A stretch of 64,000 nt of DNA from Roseburia sp. (GTDB taxonomy: Bacteria > Bacillota > Clostridia > Lachnospirales > Lachnospiraceae), in NCBI GenBank assembly GCA_023667765.1, contig JAMOZS010000006.1, positions 537 through 64,536 of the forward strand. The letters are read 5' to 3'. Numbering within the stretch: the stretch's first letter is position 1; every line of letters starts with the position of its first letter. Below are positions 8,442 to 18,874 of this stretch, piece by piece. Under the pieces are notes generated by a model. The model saw only the letters and a program-made list of their open reading frames with translations, made no database searches and was not told where the DNA came from. A program made the position numbers and the translations under genes.

Positions 8442-11297
8442 ATGTTGAGATTAAGACCTTACAGTGATAGCGATGCGAAATATATTCTGGCCTGGATAAA
8501 GGACGAGGCAGGATTTCGTATGTGGAGTGCGGACAGATATGCAAACTATCCCATATCGGCGGAGGATATGAACCGTTTCTATGCCGAATGCGGTAAGCAT
8601 GGCGCCTTCTGGGGTATGACAGCCTTTGATGAGACGGGGATAGTGGGCCATCTGACAATGCGTTTTGTGGATGAGGAGCAGCTTACCTTGCGCTTTGGAT
8701 TTATCATCGTGGACAATGCCAAACGCGGCAGGGGTTATGGCAAGGAAATGCTTCTGTTGGCGTTGCGGTATGCGTTTTATATTCTGAAGGCTGAGAGGGT
8801 TACCCTGGGCGTTTTTGAGAATAATCTGTCCGCCTGCTGGTGTTATAAGGCGGCGGGGTTTGCGGAGCCGACTCCCCCAAAGACCAGCATATATCATCTT
8901 TCTCTGGGTGATTGGAACTGTAAGGAGATGGAAATCCGAAAAGAAGCCTGCAGGGAAGACTTTATGCTGTCTGAGAGAAGATGGAATACGATTGTCGGCA
9001 TGTATAATCGCCGCGGCTTTCTGGAAGAGCTGGAGCGCCGGAAGCGGGACGGTGTGTTCGAGGAAAACAGGATACTGTTAATCCGCATTGATATAGACGG
9101 GCTGCCGAATATCAATAAGATATATGGATATTCCGAGGGAAATACCGCTATACAGACATTGGCTGAGATGATTGACGACGCGCTTTGCGAGGGTGAAATC
9201 TATGCCCACTTAGGAGGGCAGGAATTTGTGATAGCGCTCCCTGTGACAGAGGGGGAAGCGGAGGAACAGACAAAAAGAATTGCGGATATTCTGAAGGGGA
9301 GGATTGACACTTACAATAAGGTCTCCGGCAAGGAATACAGTCTTGCCATAAATCACAAATATTTGTGCAGAACTGTTTCGAGCAGCTTTGTCATGCAGGA
9401 TATACTGGAGGAGCTTCTGCGTTATAAGGATATTTCCAGGGAAAATGTGGGAAAGACAAAGACGTCCTTTCAACCGGAGGAAGAGCGGGTGCTTAAGGAC
9501 ATTATAGATAATAATCGTTTCACCTATGCCTTTCAGCCTATTGTGGAGGCCGGAACAGGGGACATTTATGCCTATGAGGCGCTTATGAGAACGGATACCG
9601 ACACGCCCCTGTCCCCTCTGACCATATTGCAGTATGCCGCTATACATGACAGGCTGTACGATATTGAGAAGGCCACCATGTATAATGTGATTGCGCAGGT
9701 GGAAGAGAGGAAGGAAGAGTTCTCTGACAAAAAGGTTTTTATGAACAGTATTCCCGGCTGTCAGCTGGAGGATGAGGACTATAGACGGCTTCTGGAGAGC
9801 TTTGGCGGTTCATGGGAACAGATTGTGGTAGAGGTCACGGAGCAGACGGAATTGGATGATGAGGGACTGAAGGTGATTTTGGAGCGAAGCAGTCAGGACG
9901 GCTTCGGGCTTGCCATTGATGATTACGGGAGCGGCTATTCCAATACCTCTTCGCTGTTACGTTACCTTCCCAATTGTGTTAAGATTGACAGACTGCTGAT
10001 AACGAATATCCAGGAGGAGCCAAAGAAACAGCACTTTGTCAAGAGTATTATTGAATTTTCTCATGACAATGGGATTCTGGTACTGGCGGAGGGCGTGGAG
10101 AGCGGGGCGGAGTTAAAAGCGGTAATCCATATGGGAGTTGATTTAATCCAGGGCTTTTATACGGCCAAGCCTTCCTTTGAGCTGCTGCAGGAGCTTCCCT
10201 CAGATATCAGGGATGAGATTGTCGGCGCCAATATAAGCGCCGAGAGACACATTGCCCGTAAGATATATATGGTTGACGAGGAGAACGAACTGCCGTTGAT
10301 GCGTCTGGCTCTGGAACAGTACACGGGCATTTTGCTGGCGGGCGGGGAAGTAACCCTGACGGGTAATTCCAGCTATATGGCGGCAATGACCATAAAAGTC
10401 AAGGAGGAAGCGGACTGTAAACTGATTCTGAATAATGTGCATCTGGAAAATACGGAGGATTTGCCCTGCATTGATATCGGAAAGGGAGCACATCTGAAGA
10501 TAGTTTTAGAGGGGGATAATGAACTGAAGGGCTTTGGTATCCGGGTGCCGGAGGACAGCAGCCTGGTATTGGAGGGCGTGGGGAATATGGATATCCATGC
10601 CAGAGGTGTGAAGTGTTACGGTATCGGAAACGAGCCGGAGGTGGGCGTGGGCTCTGTTTCCTGTGCCATGTCAGGACGGCTGTCGATTTATACGGAGGGT
10701 GACCGTTGTTTCGGAATCGGGGGAGGAATCTACAGACAGGGAAAGGGGATATCCATCAGTGGCGGAAGCATTCATCTGGTAACGGCAGGAGTGCAGGCGG
10801 TGGGTATCGGCTGTGAGGAGGGAGATATGCCGATTCACATTAGCCGTTGCAGATTAAGTATGGATTTCAAGGTATATTCGGGAACCGCTATCGGTTCTCT
10901 GAGAGGAAAGCAGAATATCAGGATGTCCTCCCTGCGGGTGGAAATCGTAGGCTCGGGAAGCCATTTGTGTGGTATCGGCAGTACGGAGGAAACGGAGGGA
11001 AGCATTGCCATTGATTCCGGAAAGGTATGGATTAGTATCAACGGACAGCAGGTGAAGCTGCTGGGAAATGCAGGAGGAGGACTTCGGATTACGGCAAAGG
11101 ATTCCGGCTTGCGCTTAAAGAGCGAGGGCAGCAATGTCATGGGGATGGGAGCTTCCGACAGGAGCGCCATTATTGACACGAAAAATGTTACCATTGAAGT
11201 CTGTATTCATGCGGGAGTCCATGAGGCGCTTGGAGCTGAGGAGGAGAATATACACTTTGCAGGAGGGGAACGCCGGCTGCTCATCAATGAAGATTAA
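8442..11297 (+). CDS. GNAT-GGDEF(degenerate)-EAL phosphodiesterase with a C-terminal beta-helix-like domain
   Basis: GNAT (RFGFIIVD..KRGRGYG), GGQEF in place of GGDEF, intact EAL motifs (EALMR, VEVTE, DDYGSGYS, KIDR, AEGVE, IQG), Gly/Ile-rich repeats at the C-terminus. Confidence 0.8.
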   Translation: MLRLRPYSDSDAKYILAWIKDEAGFRMWSADRYANYPISAEDMNRFYAECGKHGAFWGMTAFDETGIVGHLTMRFVDEEQLTLRFGFIIVDNAKRGRGYGKEMLLLALRYAFYILKAERVTLGVFENNLSACWCYKAAGFAEPTPPKTSIYHLSLGDWNCKEMEIRKEACREDFMLSERRWNTIVGMYNRRGFLEELERRKRDGVFEENRILLIRIDIDGLPNINKIYGYSEGNTAIQTLAEMIDDALCEGEIYAHLGGQEFVIALPVTEGEAEEQTKRIADILKGRIDTYNKVSGKEYSLAINHKYLCRTVSSSFVMQDILEELLRYKDISRENVGKTKTSFQPEEERVLKDIIDNNRFTYAFQPIVEAGTGDIYAYEALMRTDTDTPLSPLTILQYAAIHDRLYDIEKATMYNVIAQVEERKEEFSDKKVFMNSIPGCQLEDEDYRRLLESFGGSWEQIVVEVTEQTELDDEGLKVILERSSQDGFGLAIDDYGSGYSNTSSLLRYLPNCVKIDRLLITNIQEEPKKQHFVKSIIEFSHDNGILVLAEGVESGAELKAVIHMGVDLIQGFYTAKPSFELLQELPSDIRDEIVGANISAERHIARKIYMVDEENELPLMRLALEQYTGILLAGGEVTLTGNSSYMAAMTIKVKEEADCKLILNNVHLENTEDLPCIDIGKGAHLKIVLEGDNELKGFGIRVPEDSSLVLEGVGNMDIHARGVKCYGIGNEPEVGVGSVSCAMSGRLSIYTEGDRCFGIGGGIYRQGKGISISGGSIHLVTAGVQAVGIGCEEGDMPIHISRCRLSMDFKVYSGTAIGSLRGKQNIRMSSLRVEIVGSGSHLCGIGSTEETEGSIAIDSGKVWISINGQQVKLLGNAGGGLRITAKDSGLRLKSEGSNVMGMGASDRSAIIDTKNVTIEVCIHAGVHEALGAEEENIHFAGGERRLLINED

Positions 11298-11340
11298 AAG
11301 TCTGCCTGTTTGGTTATTTGGATTATTTTTCTTAAAAATC

Positions 11341-11367
11341 TAAAGTATTTACGGAAACCGCCGATAA
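11341..11367 (+). promoter_or_regulatory. sigma28 (FliA/SigD) promoter of the flgM operon
   Basis: TAAA-N15-GCCGATAA, an exact consensus match. Confidence 0.9.
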
Positions 11368-11422
11368 ACATTATGTAAGAAATCAAAATACAGAATATGT
11401 AATGGAAAGGAGGAGTCAGCCT

Positions 11423-11698
11423 ATGCGTATAGAGGCTTATACACAGGTTCATCAGTTATATCAGTCTCAGAAGGCGGGGCATACACAGCAGGCGGCAAAG
11501 GCGGTTCAGACAGACAAATTGCAGATTAGCAGTCTTGGTAAGGATATTCAGGCGGCAAAGGCAGCTTTGGCAGGAACCCCGGACGTTCGGGAAGATGTAA
11601 CGGCTCCCATTAAGGCAGGGATTCAGAACGGCACCTATAAGGTAGATACCGCAAGCTTTGCTGAAAAGCTGTTGAAAAGGTATGAGGAAATGAGGTAA
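11423..11698 (+). CDS. flgM: Anti-sigma28 factor FlgM
   Basis: DKLQISSLGKD...PDVREDVTAPIKAGIQNGTYKVD. Located at the head of the flagellar operon. Confidence 0.9.
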   Translation: MRIEAYTQVHQLYQSQKAGHTQQAAKAVQTDKLQISSLGKDIQAAKAALAGTPDVREDVTAPIKAGIQNGTYKVDTASFAEKLLKRYEEMR

Positions 11699-11703
11699 GC
11701 TAA

Positions 11704-12222
11704 GTGGCCAGTTTAATGGAAAACCTAATAGATGTACTGAATAAAGAAAGCAGTGAATATGAGGGGCTACTTGGCTTATCCGGCCGAAAAACGCCGGTTA
11801 TTGTGAGCGGCAATTTAGAGGATTTACAGAAAATCACGGATGAGGAACAGGAATTGGTAAGCAGAATCACCAATCTGGAGAAAAAGAGAACGGAGATTAC
11901 TGCAGATATCGCCAATGTGTTGAACAAGGATGTTACAACGCTGAAGCTATCAGACTTGATTGCCATGCTGGCGGAGCGTCCTGCGGAGCAGAAGGCTTTG
12001 GCGGACGTACATGATAAATTGCGGCAGGCAGTACATGGACTGAAGAGAATCAACGAACAGAATAAGGAGCTGCTGGACGACGCCCTGGAGATGATTGAAT
12101 TTGAGACAAACATGCTACAGGCAATGAAAGCGGCGCCGGAGACTGCAAATTATAACAGAGGCGCTTGTACTGCGGGAGGTACGATGGGGGTAAGCGCCGG
12201 GGGCTTTGATGCGAAGCAGTAA
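11704..12222 (+). CDS. flgN: Flagellar export chaperone FlgN
   Basis: Helical protein between flgM and flgK, with INEQNKELL motif. Confidence 0.85.
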   Translation: MASLMENLIDVLNKESSEYEGLLGLSGRKTPVIVSGNLEDLQKITDEEQELVSRITNLEKKRTEITADIANVLNKDVTTLKLSDLIAMLAERPAEQKALADVHDKLRQAVHGLKRINEQNKELLDDALEMIEFETNMLQAMKAAPETANYNRGACTAGGTMGVSAGGFDAKQ

Positions 12223-12264
12223 TTGCGCAGCAGCCCTTCTTGTGGAAATGTAGAGGTGAATATC

Positions 12265-13989
12265 ATGTCTTTGATAAGCAGTTTATATATAGGGACATCT
12301 GGGTTGCAGACCAGTCAAAATGCGCTGAATACCACAGCGCATAATCTTTCTAATGTGGATACTGTAGGGTATACCAGACAGCAGGTACAGCAGTCTGACA
12401 GACGCTACATTACCATTTCCAAAACGGCTTCCGCAATAGCCTATCAGCAGATAGGACTGGGAACCGAATATTCCAGAGTAAAACAAATCAGAGATTATTT
12501 CCTTGATAAAGCCTATCGTAAGGAGTCCGGGCGCAGCATGTTTTATGAGGTGTCCACAAAGGTTATGGAGGAAGTTGAAAGTCAGCTGGGAGAGCTGACG
12601 GGAGAGGCGTTTCAGACCAATATAGAGGATTTATGGACTTCGATTCAGGAGCTGGCAAAGGACCCTCACAGTTCCGTGACGCAGGGGATGTTTGTGCAGC
12701 GGGCTTCGGAATTTGTAGAGAGGGCGGGGGCCGTATATGACGGACTTTGCTCTTATCAGGATAATTTAAACAGACAGATTAAGCAGCAGATAGATAAAAT
12801 CAACAAATACGGTCAGCAGATTCTGGACTTGAATGATAAAATCAGGTGTATTGAATGCGGAGGCATTGAGCATGCCAATGATTATCGGGATACCCGCAAC
12901 CGGCTGATGGATGAGTTGGCTGAAATGGTGGATATGGAATGGTCCGAGGATGCTTTTGGAAGTGTGTCCGTTAAAATAGAGGGCGTAGATTTCGTAAAGG
13001 GTGAGACCTGTTATCAAATTGGTTTAAAGACAGACGAAACGACCGGTTTTTACACCCCCTTCTGGCCCCAGAATGCCACCTATGTGGTTCGGGAGAACGG
13101 AGTAAGGGATTATAATGTGGATGGGGCCAAGGTATTTGACTTGAGCAGAGAGATATCCTCTGACCTGGGGACGGATATCGGCGGACTGAAGGCCATGCTT
13201 CTGGCAAGAGGGGACCACAGAGCCGATTATACGGATATTCAGGGAGATTATGACAGCATATCCCAATCCGTACTGATGAATATTCAGGCGGAATTTGACC
13301 AGATGATTCATAATATGACCACCAGAATCAACGATATTCTGGCAGAGGCCTCAGGGCTTGTCACCGGGGATTTGACATTGAAGGACGGCACGCAGCTGAC
13401 CAATGTGCGCTATGTGGAATCAGATACTGAAGGTTATATGAGGAGAGGGGACGGGAGTCCCATTCAGCTGTTTACCAAGGTCACCACAGACGGTTATACC
13501 AAGGTAATCGGTGATGACGACAAGGAATACTGGGTATATAATGAGGAAAATCCGAAGCAGCCGGACAGCCTTTATACCGTGAAGAATTTACGCATAGACC
13601 AGGAGCTGATGCAGAAGCCCTCCATGCTCGGTTTTATAAAGGAGGACGAAACGGTGGATATGGCTACGGCTGAGGCGCTGAAGGAGGCGTTTACGGAGGA
13701 GAAGTACACGTTAAACCCCAATGTGCAGAAGCGCACCACCTTTGTGGATTATTATTCGGATTTGGTTTCTCAGGTGGCCAATTCCGGTTATGTATACCGC
13801 AGTATCTATGAGAACCAGGTGAGCACCGTGGAATATACACAAAGTGCCAGGGAGCAGGTAATCGGAGTTTCGTCGGACGAGGAACTGGCTAATATGATTA
13901 AGCTGCAGAACGCATATAATGCATCCAGCCGGTATATTAACGCGGTAAGCGAGATGCTGGAGCATATCATCCAGACATTATTCTCGTAA
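12265..13989 (+). CDS. flgK: Flagellar hook-associated protein FlgK (copy 1)
   Basis: GLQTSQNALNTTAHNLSNVDTVGYTRQ and GVSSDEELANMIKLQNAYNASSR. Confidence 0.9.
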   Translation: MSLISSLYIGTSGLQTSQNALNTTAHNLSNVDTVGYTRQQVQQSDRRYITISKTASAIAYQQIGLGTEYSRVKQIRDYFLDKAYRKESGRSMFYEVSTKVMEEVESQLGELTGEAFQTNIEDLWTSIQELAKDPHSSVTQGMFVQRASEFVERAGAVYDGLCSYQDNLNRQIKQQIDKINKYGQQILDLNDKIRCIECGGIEHANDYRDTRNRLMDELAEMVDMEWSEDAFGSVSVKIEGVDFVKGETCYQIGLKTDETTGFYTPFWPQNATYVVRENGVRDYNVDGAKVFDLSREISSDLGTDIGGLKAMLLARGDHRADYTDIQGDYDSISQSVLMNIQAEFDQMIHNMTTRINDILAEASGLVTGDLTLKDGTQLTNVRYVESDTEGYMRRGDGSPIQLFTKVTTDGYTKVIGDDDKEYWVYNEENPKQPDSLYTVKNLRIDQELMQKPSMLGFIKEDETVDMATAEALKEAFTEEKYTLNPNVQKRTTFVDYYSDLVSQVANSGYVYRSIYENQVSTVEYTQSAREQVIGVSSDEELANMIKLQNAYNASSRYINAVSEMLEHIIQTLFS

Positions 13990-14007
13990 AAAGGAGGTAA
14001 ATAGACT

Positions 14008-15924
14008 ATGCCATCACAGTTTTTTGGATTGAATATTGCATATAAGGGTTTACTGGCAAGCAATGCCGCTTTGAATACTACCTCCAATAATATAGCGAAT
14101 GTACATACCGAGGGCTACAGCAGACAGCAGGTAAAGCAGGAGGCAAGTGCGCCCATCCGGGTGTTTCAGCAGTATGGCTGCGCCGGAGCAGGCGTGGATA
14201 CACTGGCGATAGAACGCATCAGGGATGAGTTTTATGATACGAAGTTCTGGCAGAATAACGGCAAAATAGGCGAGTACAATATGAAACAGTATTATATGAC
14301 TCAGATTGAAGCTTATTTTGATGACGACGGTAAGAATGCAGGCTTCAAGACGGTGTTTGACAAGTTTATGATAACGAGTCTGCAGGAGCTTATGAAGAAT
14401 CCGGATGACGCCTCTGCAAAGGCTCAGTTTGTGGGGAGCGCCGGCGCCCTGGCGGAGTACTTTAACGGATTGGCAGGCAATATGGAAAAGTTGCAAAAGG
14501 ATGTAAATCTGGAGATTAAGCTGAAGGTGGATGAGATTAATTCTCTGGCAGGAGAGCTTGCCACCCTGAACAATCAGATTAACACGATTGAGCTGACAGG
14601 CATCAATGCCAATGAGCTCAGAGACAGAAGGGCATTGCTGTTAGATCAGCTATCAGCCATTGTAGACGTAGACGTGACGGAGAATCCGGTGATAGACGCC
14701 AACAATCCTGACCGGGAGACGGGAGCCAACCGCTGTATCGTGAGAATCGCAGGCGGACAGATACTGGTGGACGGAAGCGAATACCGCGGTCTGGAGTGCA
14801 GAGGCAGGGCCGATTATGAAAAAGTGAATCAGACGGACATTGACGGACTCTATGATGTTTATTGGGAGGACGGACAGAAGTTCAGCCTTTATAATGCCGC
14901 TATGGGCGGTGAACTCCAGGGTCTGGTGCAGATGCGGGACGGCAATAACGGTGAGAATTTCAGAGGAGAAATCACCGCAGTAGGGACCACGAAAGGCGGC
15001 CAGCAGGATACCGTTACGATTGAGACAAATCTGCACTATCTGACGGATATGAACAAATGTAATCTTTCGGATCAGGGCGGTATCATCAATCTGGGCAATC
15101 AGGAATTTTACTATGATTCCTGGGAAGTAAACATCACCTATGACGATAAAGGAGAGGCAAAGTATAGTTATACCTTTACCCTTTCCGACAGTGAAAAGAA
15201 CAGCTCCCGTCTGACCAATGACCGTGTGGGCAAGCAGGCCAGCATAGGCGCCAGCCTCGATTATCAGGGAGTTCCCTATTATATGAGTCAGATGAACGAA
15301 TGGGTCAGAACCTTTTCCCAGAAGTTCAATGATATCTTAGAATCCGGGTATGACGGCAATAATAATCCGGGGACGATGATGTTTACCGGCAATCATGCCA
15401 CCGGTGACGAGCAGTTTGGTTTTCCGAAGGATAAGCGATACGACAGCTTTACGGAGAAGGCTCAGGCAGGGGAGACAATGACGCTGACCGCATCGGATGA
15501 CAGCTATTATCGGTTGACGGCAAGGAATTTCAGTGTGTTGGCGGCAATGGAGCTGGACCCTCAGCTTCTGGCTAATAAGTATGAGCAGGGTGACGGCGTG
15601 GAGCAGAATGACCTTCTGGAGGATATCAAGGCTCTGGCAACCAACAAGAGCAAAATGACCTTCAGAGGAGCCAGTGCATCGGAATTTCTACAGAATATTC
15701 TGTCGGATATCGCATTAAATACCTCCAGAGCGGAGAGCTTTTATAAGAGCTTTAGCGAAATCGGAAACACCATTGACAATTACAGGATTTCCATTTCCGG
15801 TGTGGATGAGGATGAGGAGGCAGTTAATCTGGTGAAGTATCAGAACGGATACAATCTGGCTTCTAAGATGATACAGGTGCTGACAGAGATTTACGACCAG
15901 TTGATACTCAATACAGGCGTATAG
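14008..15924 (+). CDS. flgK: Flagellar hook-associated protein FlgK (copy 2)
   Basis: ALNTTSNNIANVHTEGYSRQ and SGVDEDEEAVNLVKYQNGYNLASK. Confidence 0.9.
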   Translation: MPSQFFGLNIAYKGLLASNAALNTTSNNIANVHTEGYSRQQVKQEASAPIRVFQQYGCAGAGVDTLAIERIRDEFYDTKFWQNNGKIGEYNMKQYYMTQIEAYFDDDGKNAGFKTVFDKFMITSLQELMKNPDDASAKAQFVGSAGALAEYFNGLAGNMEKLQKDVNLEIKLKVDEINSLAGELATLNNQINTIELTGINANELRDRRALLLDQLSAIVDVDVTENPVIDANNPDRETGANRCIVRIAGGQILVDGSEYRGLECRGRADYEKVNQTDIDGLYDVYWEDGQKFSLYNAAMGGELQGLVQMRDGNNGENFRGEITAVGTTKGGQQDTVTIETNLHYLTDMNKCNLSDQGGIINLGNQEFYYDSWEVNITYDDKGEAKYSYTFTLSDSEKNSSRLTNDRVGKQASIGASLDYQGVPYYMSQMNEWVRTFSQKFNDILESGYDGNNNPGTMMFTGNHATGDEQFGFPKDKRYDSFTEKAQAGETMTLTASDDSYYRLTARNFSVLAAMELDPQLLANKYEQGDGVEQNDLLEDIKALATNKSKMTFRGASASEFLQNILSDIALNTSRAESFYKSFSEIGNTIDNYRISISGVDEDEEAVNLVKYQNGYNLASKMIQVLTEIYDQLILNTGV

Positions 15925-15937
15925 ACAGGAGGCTTTT

Positions 15938-17461
15938 ATGAGAATTACAAACAAAATTATGCAGCGCAATAATCTGTCTAACATTAATACGAACAAGATT
16001 TATCAGGATAAGCTGAGCACTCAAATGTCTACCCAGAAGAAAATAAGCCGGCCCTCCGACGACCCGGTAGTGGCAATTCGTGCGCTGCGTCTGCGCAGTA
16101 ATGTGACGGAGATTACCCAGTACTACAGCAAGAATATTCCCGATGCCAAGAGCTGGTTGAGTGTCACGGAGGATGCCCTGAAGAATCAGGCGCAGATTAT
16201 GACAGAGATGATTAAACAGTGTACCAAGGGGGCGAACGGAGACTTAAAGAGTACGGACCGTCAGGTGATTTTGGAGCAGCTTAAGGGCCTGGCAGAGGAG
16301 GTATACAGTACGGCGAATGCCGATTATGCAGGCAGATATGTATTTACGGGTTATCGCACGGATACGCCGTTGAGCTTTATTAAAGAAGAGACTATGAAAT
16401 ATCAGATTACGGAGCAGCTGCATAAGGATTCCGTCGGCATGGTAACGAAGGTGAATCTGGGGGATGTTCTGGATATTACGGCAAACAATTTTGCGGACAT
16501 GACACAGGTGGATGAGGACTCCATCTCTTCTGTGGATGTATACCGTATTCAGCTTGCCTATAATCATTGCTGCGAGGAAGATGACGGGGAATTGTCCATC
16601 ACCACAAGCGACCCCGATATAGCATGGACGTCTGATGATTTTGAGATAATACATTCGACGGATGACCCTTATACCAAGGCGGCGAATGACCCGGATGCCA
16701 TGATTTATGTGCCGGAAACCGGCGAAATCCTGATGGGTAAGAAGAATTATGATAAGCTGATGAGCATAAGCGACGACCCTTTAACTACGCAGGACGAGAG
16801 TGAGATTCGCGTATCTTATACGAAGAACAGCTGGGAAGCAGGGGATTTAAGACCGGAGCATTATTTTGCCTGCAAGAATCTGACGGATGATATCTCATAT
16901 AATCAGGAGTATCTCCAGGGGAATGTGGAGCGGCAGGATATTGAATATGATGTGGGATTTAATCAGACAATACGGGTGAATTCTACTGCAGATGAGTGCT
17001 TCCAGCATGGTATCGGCAGAACTGTGGATGATTTGGTGAATGCGATACAGGAGGTAGTGGATTTAGAGACGGTTAAGTGTACGATTGAGAGCGCTTTGGA
17101 GACGGCGGAAGGGGAGGATGCCAAGATATTACAGCAGCAGCTGCTGGCAGCGGATAAGGCGCTGACGCTTTCCCGGAATAAATGCCAGAAGATGTTTGAG
17201 GCGGGCATTACCACCTTCCAGGGCTATCTGGATGATGCGAACCTTTGTATTACAAATTGTGGTACCAGAAGCAGCAAGCTGGAATTGATTAGTAATCGTA
17301 TGCAGAATCAGAAGACTACCTTTGAGACCTTGAAGAGCGAAAATGAGGATGTGGATATTACGGAAGTGGCTATTCAGTTAAACAGTGCGGAGCTGACCTA
17401 TGAGGCCGCGCTGATGGCAGCGGGAAAGGTAATGCAGACGACGCTGCTTAACTTTATATAG
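15938..17461 (+). CDS. flgL: Flagellar hook-associated protein FlgL
   Basis: MRITNKIM..KISRPSDDPVVA and EDVDITEVAIQLNSAELTYEAAL. Confidence 0.92.
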   Translation: MRITNKIMQRNNLSNINTNKIYQDKLSTQMSTQKKISRPSDDPVVAIRALRLRSNVTEITQYYSKNIPDAKSWLSVTEDALKNQAQIMTEMIKQCTKGANGDLKSTDRQVILEQLKGLAEEVYSTANADYAGRYVFTGYRTDTPLSFIKEETMKYQITEQLHKDSVGMVTKVNLGDVLDITANNFADMTQVDEDSISSVDVYRIQLAYNHCCEEDDGELSITTSDPDIAWTSDDFEIIHSTDDPYTKAANDPDAMIYVPETGEILMGKKNYDKLMSISDDPLTTQDESEIRVSYTKNSWEAGDLRPEHYFACKNLTDDISYNQEYLQGNVERQDIEYDVGFNQTIRVNSTADECFQHGIGRTVDDLVNAIQEVVDLETVKCTIESALETAEGEDAKILQQQLLAADKALTLSRNKCQKMFEAGITTFQGYLDDANLCITNCGTRSSKLELISNRMQNQKTTFETLKSENEDVDITEVAIQLNSAELTYEAALMAAGKVMQTTLLNFI

Positions 17462-17528
17462 CATATTTGGGAGGAACCTTCCAAATAGTAACTGGTATGT
17501 GCGCCAGAGAGCGCAAGGAGGTGTGGAT

Positions 17529-17987
17529 ATGATAATTAACACTAAGATTTTTGGCGAAGTGGATGTGGCCGAGGATAAGATTATAACTTTTCCCAATGGT
17601 ATAATCGGATTTCCTGATTTGAAATATTTCACATTGCTGCATGACGAGGAAAAAGGAGACGGCGCAGGTATCCGCTTCCTCCAGTCGGTTGAGGAGCCGG
17701 GCTTTGCCATGCCGGTTATGGACCCGTTGCTTGTGGCGCCGGATTATGACCCGGAGGTGGATGATGAGCTGCTTGCCGGCATAGGAGAGCTGAACGAGGA
17801 TAATATACTGGTGTTGGTGACGGTGACGGTTCCCGGCGATTTGACTAAGATGACGGTGAATCTTCAGGGCCCCTTTGTCATTAATGTAGAGGAACGCAAG
17901 GCCTGCCAGATTATTGTAGAGACGGATAAATATCCTGTGAAATTCCCTATTTACGATATTCTTCAGTCCAGAAAGGCAGGTGAGTAG
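17529..17987 (+). CDS. fliW: Flagellar assembly factor FliW
   Basis: INTKIFGEVDV..IITFPNGIIGFPD and TVNLQGPFVIN motifs. Confidence 0.92.
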   Translation: MIINTKIFGEVDVAEDKIITFPNGIIGFPDLKYFTLLHDEEKGDGAGIRFLQSVEEPGFAMPVMDPLLVAPDYDPEVDDELLAGIGELNEDNILVLVTVTVPGDLTKMTVNLQGPFVINVEERKACQIIVETDKYPVKFPIYDILQSRKAGE

Positions 17988-17988
17988 T

Positions 17989-18207
17989 ATGCTGGCATTA
18001 TCCCGTAAAAAAAACGAGGCTATTATTATCAATAATAATATTGAGATTACCATTTTGGAGATTAAGGGCGAGCAGGTGAAGATTGGCATTACCGCCCCTA
18101 AGGAAGTGCCGGTATATCGCAGAGAGGTATATTTGCAGATTCAGGAGGCAAATCAGGCGGCAGTCAATGTAGAGGGGCTGGAAGCTTTGAAGAATTTACT
18201 GGGGTGA
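17989..18207 (+). CDS. csrA: Carbon storage regulator CsrA
   Basis: MLALSRKKNEAIIINNNIEITIL..QVKIGITAPKEVPVYRREVY. Confidence 0.95.
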   Translation: MLALSRKKNEAIIINNNIEITILEIKGEQVKIGITAPKEVPVYRREVYLQIQEANQAAVNVEGLEALKNLLG

Positions 18208-18250
18208 TTCAAGGGCAAAATTTGCCGGAATTTAAAGAATGATATGGCGC

Positions 18251-18284
18251 AGGGAAGCGAATTCAGAAAAAAATTTGCTTCCCT
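18251..18284 (+). terminator. Hairpin after csrA
   Basis: agggaagcgaatt / aatttgcttccct stem. Confidence 0.55.
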
Positions 18285-18285
18285 A

Positions 18286-18313
18286 TAAATTTTTGTGGAG
18301 AAGAAACCGATAA
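18286..18313 (+). promoter_or_regulatory. sigma28 promoter of flaG-fliD-fliS
   Basis: TAAA-N16-ACCGATAA. Confidence 0.75.
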
Positions 18314-18378
18314 AAAGATATAGAGAAACGATTAATAATCGGAATTTATACGGGATTCTTCACATGGAGGTGACAAAC

Positions 18379-18807
18379 ATGGCAATTGAACCATTATCAA
18401 GCATTATGAGCATGCAGGCACAGACCGCGGCTCCGAAGGTAACAGCGGCATCAACCGAGAAAATCAGTGCGGATGCAGCAAATGCAGCACAGGCTGCAGA
18501 GATGGTGGATAACACCACAAAGGCAATTGAGAATGTGCAGGGCAAGGATGGCCAGCGTCAGGGAACGGACCAGAGACAGGAGACCGCCGACCCTGAGCGC
18601 CTGAAAAAGGCAGTGGAACAACTGAACAAGAAAATGTCAAATTCAGAAGCCATTTATGGGATTCATGAAGAGACAAACAGAGTGACCATAAAAATTGTAG
18701 ATAAGGATACCAAGGAAGTCATCAGAGAGCTTCCTCCGGAAAAAACTCTGGATATGATTGCCAAGGCATGGGAGCTGGCGGGTATTCTGGTGGATGAGAG
18801 ACGCTAG
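18379..18807 (+). CDS. flaG: Flagellar protein FlaG
   Basis: GIHEETNRVTIKIVDKDTKEVIRELPPEKTLD..GILVDERR. Start after the GGAGGTG RBS. Confidence 0.9.
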   Translation: MAIEPLSSIMSMQAQTAAPKVTAASTEKISADAANAAQAAEMVDNTTKAIENVQGKDGQRQGTDQRQETADPERLKKAVEQLNKKMSNSEAIYGIHEETNRVTIKIVDKDTKEVIRELPPEKTLDMIAKAWELAGILVDERR

Positions 18808-18874
18808 TTACGGTATGTCAGGCAGTTGAGGAGAACGAACGCCCCTGTAAAAGAAAGGCAAGGAGGAGATTAAT

